Below, piece by piece: positions 31,702-32,000 of a stretch of 32,000 nt of DNA (within the stretch, counting starts at the first letter, position 1; each line of letters opens with the position of its first letter). Source of the stretch: Zymomonas mobilis subsp. mobilis ATCC 10988 (lineage in GTDB: Bacteria > Pseudomonadota > Alphaproteobacteria > Sphingomonadales > Sphingomonadaceae). The stretch spans positions 1,050,001 through 1,082,000 of the forward strand of contig NC_017262.1 in the NCBI RefSeq assembly GCF_000175255.2, written 5' to 3'. The notes below the pieces were generated by a model. That model saw only the letters and a program-made list of their open reading frames with translations. It ran no database searches and was not told where the DNA came from. The translations under genes were made by a program, and so were the position numbers.

Positions 31702-32000
31702 AGAAAAAATAAAAAATCTATTTTTATGTTGTAAATTAAAAAATATACAATGATTTATCAGGTTAAATAATTTTTTAAAAAACATTATATTAAAAAATAT
31801 TTTTACTTGTTGTAAAATAATATTTATTAAAATTTATGTAATATTTATTTTAAAATTGGAGATTTATATGGTTGCAAAAGATTTGTTTTTGGAATTTTAG
31901 TCTCTTTTCTCATATATCTGAAATATATTGAGACAATTCAATATTGATAAACCAAACATGTTTGGGCGTTTTTGGTATAATTATTCAATTTATTTTAGAA

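Noticed and set aside
31868-31900. A 10-codon mini-ORF (MVAKDLFLEF*) with GGAG 6 nt upstream, a possible leader peptide for a gene beyond the window.
   Set aside because: It is too short to assess and its downstream context is not visible. In DNA this AT-rich, such an ORF easily arises by chance.

Overview
The window looks like chromosomal DNA of Zymomonas mobilis. I recognise the glf-zwf-edd-glk glucose-uptake and Entner-Doudoroff operon (23211-29158) from its protein sequences and gene order. No database search was possible.

Most of the window is core housekeeping:
- mutL (minus strand)
- the complete rod-shape cluster mreB-mreC-mreD-mrdA-rodA
- uvrB, tgt and ligA
- the glf operon, with its intrinsic terminator

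Accessory or unusual content:
1. A very large SF1B helicase fused to a Vsr/DUF559-like nuclease domain, truncated at its 5' end by the window edge (2-3286).
2. Directly downstream, a two-gene teichoic-acid-like module: a TagF-like polyol-phosphate transferase plus a Bcs1-type cytidylyltransferase-SDR fusion. No export genes are visible.
3. An outer-membrane beta-barrel gene broken by one in-frame TGA, preceded by about 600 bp of extremely AT-rich DNA.
4. An 847-bp IS5-family (IS427-like) element inserted into the last codons of uvrB. Its CTAG target duplication allows exact reconstruction of the original uvrB 3' end.
5. Conspicuous RNA structures in the glf-zwf and edd-glk spacers.
6. An AT-rich right end holding a racemase/Lrp divergent pair and a divergent pair of small HTH proteins with palindromic and repeated operator-like motifs.

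I found no tRNA, rRNA or CRISPR features. All family assignments rest on motifs read by eye and need HMM/BLAST confirmation.
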